Source: an uncultured Clostridia bacterium
Lineage (GTDB): Bacteria > Bacillota > Clostridia > Christensenellales > Borkfalkiaceae
Length of the DNA stretch: 64,000 bases
Reading direction: 5' to 3'
Assembly (NCBI GenBank): GCA_944341075.1
Contig: CALVLV010000004.1
Location: 3,829 to 67,828, forward strand
The notes under the pieces were generated by a model, which made no database searches, was not told the DNA's origin, and was given only the letters and a program-made list of their open reading frames with translations. Numbering within the stretch: the stretch's first letter is position 1; every line of letters begins with the position of its first letter. Below, in pieces: positions 61,039-64,000 of the stretch. Both the position numbers and the translations under genes were made by a program.

Positions 61039-62178
61039 TTAAATTTCCTTCATCATAACGGCGGAATAGGCCGTTATTCCCAGCCCCTCGCCCACAAAGC
61101 CGAGGCGTTCGCACGTGCCCGCGGCTATCGCCACGCGGCTTTCGTCCAGCCCGCATAATTTAGCGAGAGTGGCTACCATTTCGTCTATGTAAGGGGCAAG
61201 CTTCGGCTTTTCGGCCTGTATCGTCACCGAAACGTTCACGGGGGCAAGGCCCTTTCCGCGCACCAGGGCAAGCACCTCTTCAAGCAGCTTTGCGCTGTTT
61301 GCGCCCTTGTAGCGCCTGTCGCTGTCGGGGAAGTAGTGGCCTATGTCCTTGAGCCCCGCCGCCGAGAGCATGGCGTCCATAACGGCGTGCAGCACCACGT
61401 CGCCGTCGCTGTGCGCAACAAGCGAACTGTCGCACGGTATCTTCACGCCCGAAAGCACCACAAAGTCGTTCAGCCCGCCGAATGCGTGCGTGTCGGCGCC
61501 TATGCCTGTGCGGCAGCCGTCAACGGGCGCCGGCGCGGGCAGATCCTTCAAAAAGTCCTCGCGGTAGGTTAGCTTTAAATTGTGCCTGTCGCCTTCAAAA
61601 ATGTGCGGCAGGCCTATGTAGTTTGCGTATACCGCGCTGTCGTCGGTGTAGGCGATGCCGTCGTCGCTGGCAAGCTCATATGCCTTTTTCAGGTCGTCGG
61701 TGCGGAAGCCCTGCGGGGTCTGCACGGCATACACCGTCTCGCGCTTGGGTACGTCGGTTATCACGCCGTAATACACGGTTGCCATAGTGTCGGTAACGGG
61801 GGTGGCGCACACGGCGCTGCCGTAGGTGTTTACCGTATCTATGCAGTCGCGTATTATCTTTTCGGTAACATAGGGGCGCGCGCCGTCGTGAATGAGCACT
61901 ATGTCGCCCGTCACCTTGGCAAGTGCCTTGCGCACGCCAAGGTAGCGCGTCTTTCCGCCCAGCACCACCTCGTAGCCCAAGGGGGCGCACAGCGCCTTTA
62001 TCTCCTTATAGTCGGCGGCGGAGGAGGTGACTATCACCTCGTCTATGCCCGAAATATCAAATTTTTTCAGCGTGTGATATAGCGCGGGGGCGCCGCCTAG
62101 CGGGGCAAGCAGCTTGTTTATGCCGAAGCCGGCGCGCTCGCCTGTGCCCGCTGCGCAGATTATAACGCTAACTTTCAT
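61039..62178 (-). CDS. ispDF: Bifunctional IspD/IspF (MEP cytidylyltransferase / MEcPP synthase)
   Basis: The N-terminus VIICAAGTGERAG is IspD-like. The C-terminus GIGADTHAF..HSDGDVVLHAVMDA is IspF-like. It is a single 379-aa ORF, with AAAGGGG upstream of the ATG. Confidence 0.9.
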   Translation of the reverse strand: MKVSVIICAAGTGERAGFGINKLLAPLGGAPALYHTLKKFDISGIDEVIVTSSAADYKEIKALCAPLGYEVVLGGKTRYLGVRKALAKVTGDIVLIHDGARPYVTEKIIRDCIDTVNTYGSAVCATPVTDTMATVYYGVITDVPKRETVYAVQTPQGFRTDDLKKAYELASDDGIAYTDDSAVYANYIGLPHIFEGDRHNLKLTYREDFLKDLPAPAPVDGCRTGIGADTHAFGGLNDFVVLSGVKIPCDSSLVAHSDGDVVLHAVMDAMLSAAGLKDIGHYFPDSDRRYKGANSAKLLEEVLALVRGKGLAPVNVSVTIQAEKPKLAPYIDEMVATLAKLCGLDESRVAIAAGTCERLGFVGEGLGITAYSAVMMKEI

Positions 62179-62200
62179 ATCGTGTACCCCTTTCGCGCCG

Positions 62201-62443
62201 TCAGGAGATCACTTCGTAAAGCCCCTGGGCGTCGTCCTTTTTAACAACTTCCTTTACGGCCAGCACCCTGAATTTAAGTGTGCCGCTGCTGTAGAGCACC
62301 TCTACAACGTCGCCCTCCTTCACCTCGTGCGAGGGCTTTGCCTCTTTTCCGTTTATAACAACTTTGCCCGCCGCGCATGCCTCCTGCGCCACGGTGCGCC
62401 TTTTAAGTATGCGCGAAACCTTTAAAAATTTGTCTATCCTCAT
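62201..62443 (-). CDS. rqcP: S4-domain RNA-binding protein, YabO/RqcP-like
   Basis: MRIDKFLKVSRILKRRTVAQEACAAGKVVINGK closely parallels the B. subtilis YabO N-terminus as I remember it. 80 aa. The ORF is open to 62479. Confidence 0.75.
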   Translation of the reverse strand: MRIDKFLKVSRILKRRTVAQEACAAGKVVINGKEAKPSHEVKEGDVVEVLYSSGTLKFRVLAVKEVVKKDDAQGLYEVIS

Positions 62444-62526
62444 GTCTTTTAAGGCGGCTTTTTTACGCATGGCGGGCAAAAAAGCCTGTGTTTATAATAA
62501 AATTGAATAAAAAACCGCGAAAATGC

Positions 62527-62555
62527 TTGACTTGCGCGCGTTTAACTTCTATAAT
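62527..62555 (+). promoter_or_regulatory. Consensus sigma-A promoter ~420 nt upstream of rpoB
   Basis: TTGACT, a 17-nt spacer, then TATAAT. The long leader has several GC hairpins and no credible ORF. Confidence 0.7.
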
Positions 62556-62975
62556 GTTAGAATGTATTAAAATGCGGTAATTGCCACATTTTGCTTTTTC
62601 CGATGTTTTTTCCGCACAAAATCTGCCGCAAAACGCGCGCTTTTTTGCGCCTTTTCTGCGGCCGACAAAGCAATTATATACCAAACCCGTGCGTTTGTAA
62701 AGTATGGCAGCGGAAAAATAATCATTTTTAAAAAATTTTTTTAGGGGCGCGGCCCCCGCGTGCGTGTGTGCATGCGGGCGTGTTTTACCCTTAATAAACA
62801 ATCCGCACGCCTTTGACTTTATCTGTGCGGACTTGAAAAAATTTTAAAGCGGCGGCGCCCGCCGCAGGCACAAAAAAGATGCAAACCGATTTTTTCCGGT
62901 GAAAAGATATATACGGATAATCGCTCATGTATAGACCAATAAAACGGCTGCAGCCAAAGGAGTAATTATCTTTCA

Positions 62976-64000
62976 ATGAATTTACCTGTTCACAAGTACG
63001 GCAAAACGGAAAGAAGAAAATTCGGCAAGATAAACGAAGTCATAGACATACCCGACCTCGTTGAGATCCAGAAAGCCAGCTATGCCTCGTTTATAAACGA
63101 GGGCATATCGGAGGTGTTCGAAGATTTCTCGCCCATTACCGACTATTCCGACCACTATGAGCTCTATTTCCTCAATCACTGGTTCGACGAAAAGCCCAAG
63201 TACGACGAAAAGGAGTGCCGCAACCGCGACGCAACTTACGCGCTTCCGCTGCACGTCACCGTGAGGCTGGTCAACAAGGTAAAGGACGAAGTTATCGACC
63301 AGCCCGTGTTCATGGGCGAATTCCCGCTGATGACCGACAGCGGTTCCTTCATCATAAACGGCGCCGAGCGCGTAATAGTTTCGCAGCTGGTGCGCTCGCC
63401 CGGCGTATACAACGCCTCCACGCGCGACAAGACGGGCAAGGAGATGTTCGGCACCACCGTCATCCCCAACCGCGGCGCATGGCTGGAGTTTGAACAGGAC
63501 GCCCAGGGCGTTTTATGGGTACACGTGGACAGGAAGCGCAAGATATGCGCCACCGTGCTTCTGCGCGCCCTCGGCTTCGGCTCCGACAGGGCAATACTCG
63601 ACCTGTTCGACGACGACAAGATGATAAAGGACACCATCGAAAGGGATACCACCAAGTCGGAATCGGACGGCCTTATAGAGCTGTACCGCAGGCTGCGTCC
63701 CGGCGAGATACCCACCGAGGCCTCCGTGCGCCAGCACCTCAACAACCTTTTCTTCGACCCCAGAAGGTACGACGTGGTAAAGGTGGGCAGGTATAAGTTC
63801 AATAAAAAGCTCAACCTTGCGTACCGCCTTCCCGGCTGCAAGCTTGCCGACGACATATTCAACCCCGAAACGGGCGAAATAATGGCAAAGGCGGGCGAAG
63901 TTGTCACCGAAGAGCAGGCCGTGGCCATTCAGGACGCTGGCGTGAACGAGGTGTTCGTGCTCGTCTCCGACCCCGAGCGCGGCGAGATAAGGCACAAGAT
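62976..64000 (+). CDS. rpoB: DNA-directed RNA polymerase subunit beta (5' part, runs off the window)
   Basis: My own translation from ATG 62976 reads MNLPVHKYGKTERRKFGKINEVIDIPDLVEIQKASYASFI..FPLMTDSGSFIINGAERVIVSQLVRSPGVY, the canonical RpoB N-terminus. AAGGAG lies 13 nt upstream. It is absent from the ORF track because there is no stop within the window. Confidence 0.93.
   Translation, partial: MNLPVHKYGKTERRKFGKINEVIDIPDLVEIQKASYASFINEGISEVFEDFSPITDYSDHYELYFLNHWFDEKPKYDEKECRNRDATYALPLHVTVRLVNKVKDEVIDQPVFMGEFPLMTDSGSFIINGAERVIVSQLVRSPGVYNASTRDKTGKEMFGTTVIPNRGAWLEFEQDAQGVLWVHVDRKRKICATVLLRALGFGSDRAILDLFDDDKMIKDTIERDTTKSESDGLIELYRRLRPGEIPTEASVRQHLNNLFFDPRRYDVVKVGRYKFNKKLNLAYRLPGCKLADDIFNPETGEIMAKAGEVVTEEQAVAIQDAGVNEVFVLVSDPERGEIRHK

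Overview
This is a 64-kb chromosomal window from a high-GC, endospore-forming Firmicute (spoIIE is present; a Clostridia-type organism is my inference). Coding content is almost entirely housekeeping. I call 41 CDSs plus one tentative 27-codon small ORF. They include rnj, a trmR/U32-peptidase/aroA cluster, dinB, a nitrogen-assimilation block (type III glutamine synthetase, an Amt-PII fusion and a domain-split glutamate synthase with purA embedded), dapF, gltS, pyrG, dapL, malQ, spoIIE, mnmG, dnaA, recF, asnS, plsX-rnc-smc-ftsY, rubrerythrin, radA, ispDF and the 5' end of rpoB. I see no rRNA, tRNA, CRISPR array, prophage, transposase or recognisable defence genes. The unusual part is non-coding. 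Twelve intergenic regions, about 5.7 kb or roughly 9% of the window by my manual delimitation, are filled with a modular family of hairpin-forming interspersed repeats. I name the modules H, G, L, core, S, X, T, U and V, plus a short palindrome motif P and its composite form Q. They recombine in different orders, show compensatory stem substitutions between copies, and usually present the 42-nt palindromic H hairpin within about 15 nt of a start or stop codon. Two ~270-bp copies that are ~98% identical lie in inverted orientation 35 kb apart (5.8 kb and 41.0 kb). The right-hand copy sits in a repeat-saturated 840-bp spacer next to an atypically arranged dnaA, which is divergent from recF with no dnaN. 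The behaviour resembles REP/BIME or nested MITE elements, but no transposase is present in the window, and a structured-RNA role cannot be excluded. Secondary observations are a 1093-aa hyper-acidic repeat protein, a Lys-rich N-terminal extension on RNase J, a recF-PHP-VanW overlapping operon, and a 27-codon Cys-containing ORF translationally coupled to rubrerythrin. All calls come from reading the sequence and ORF translations by eye, with no database search.
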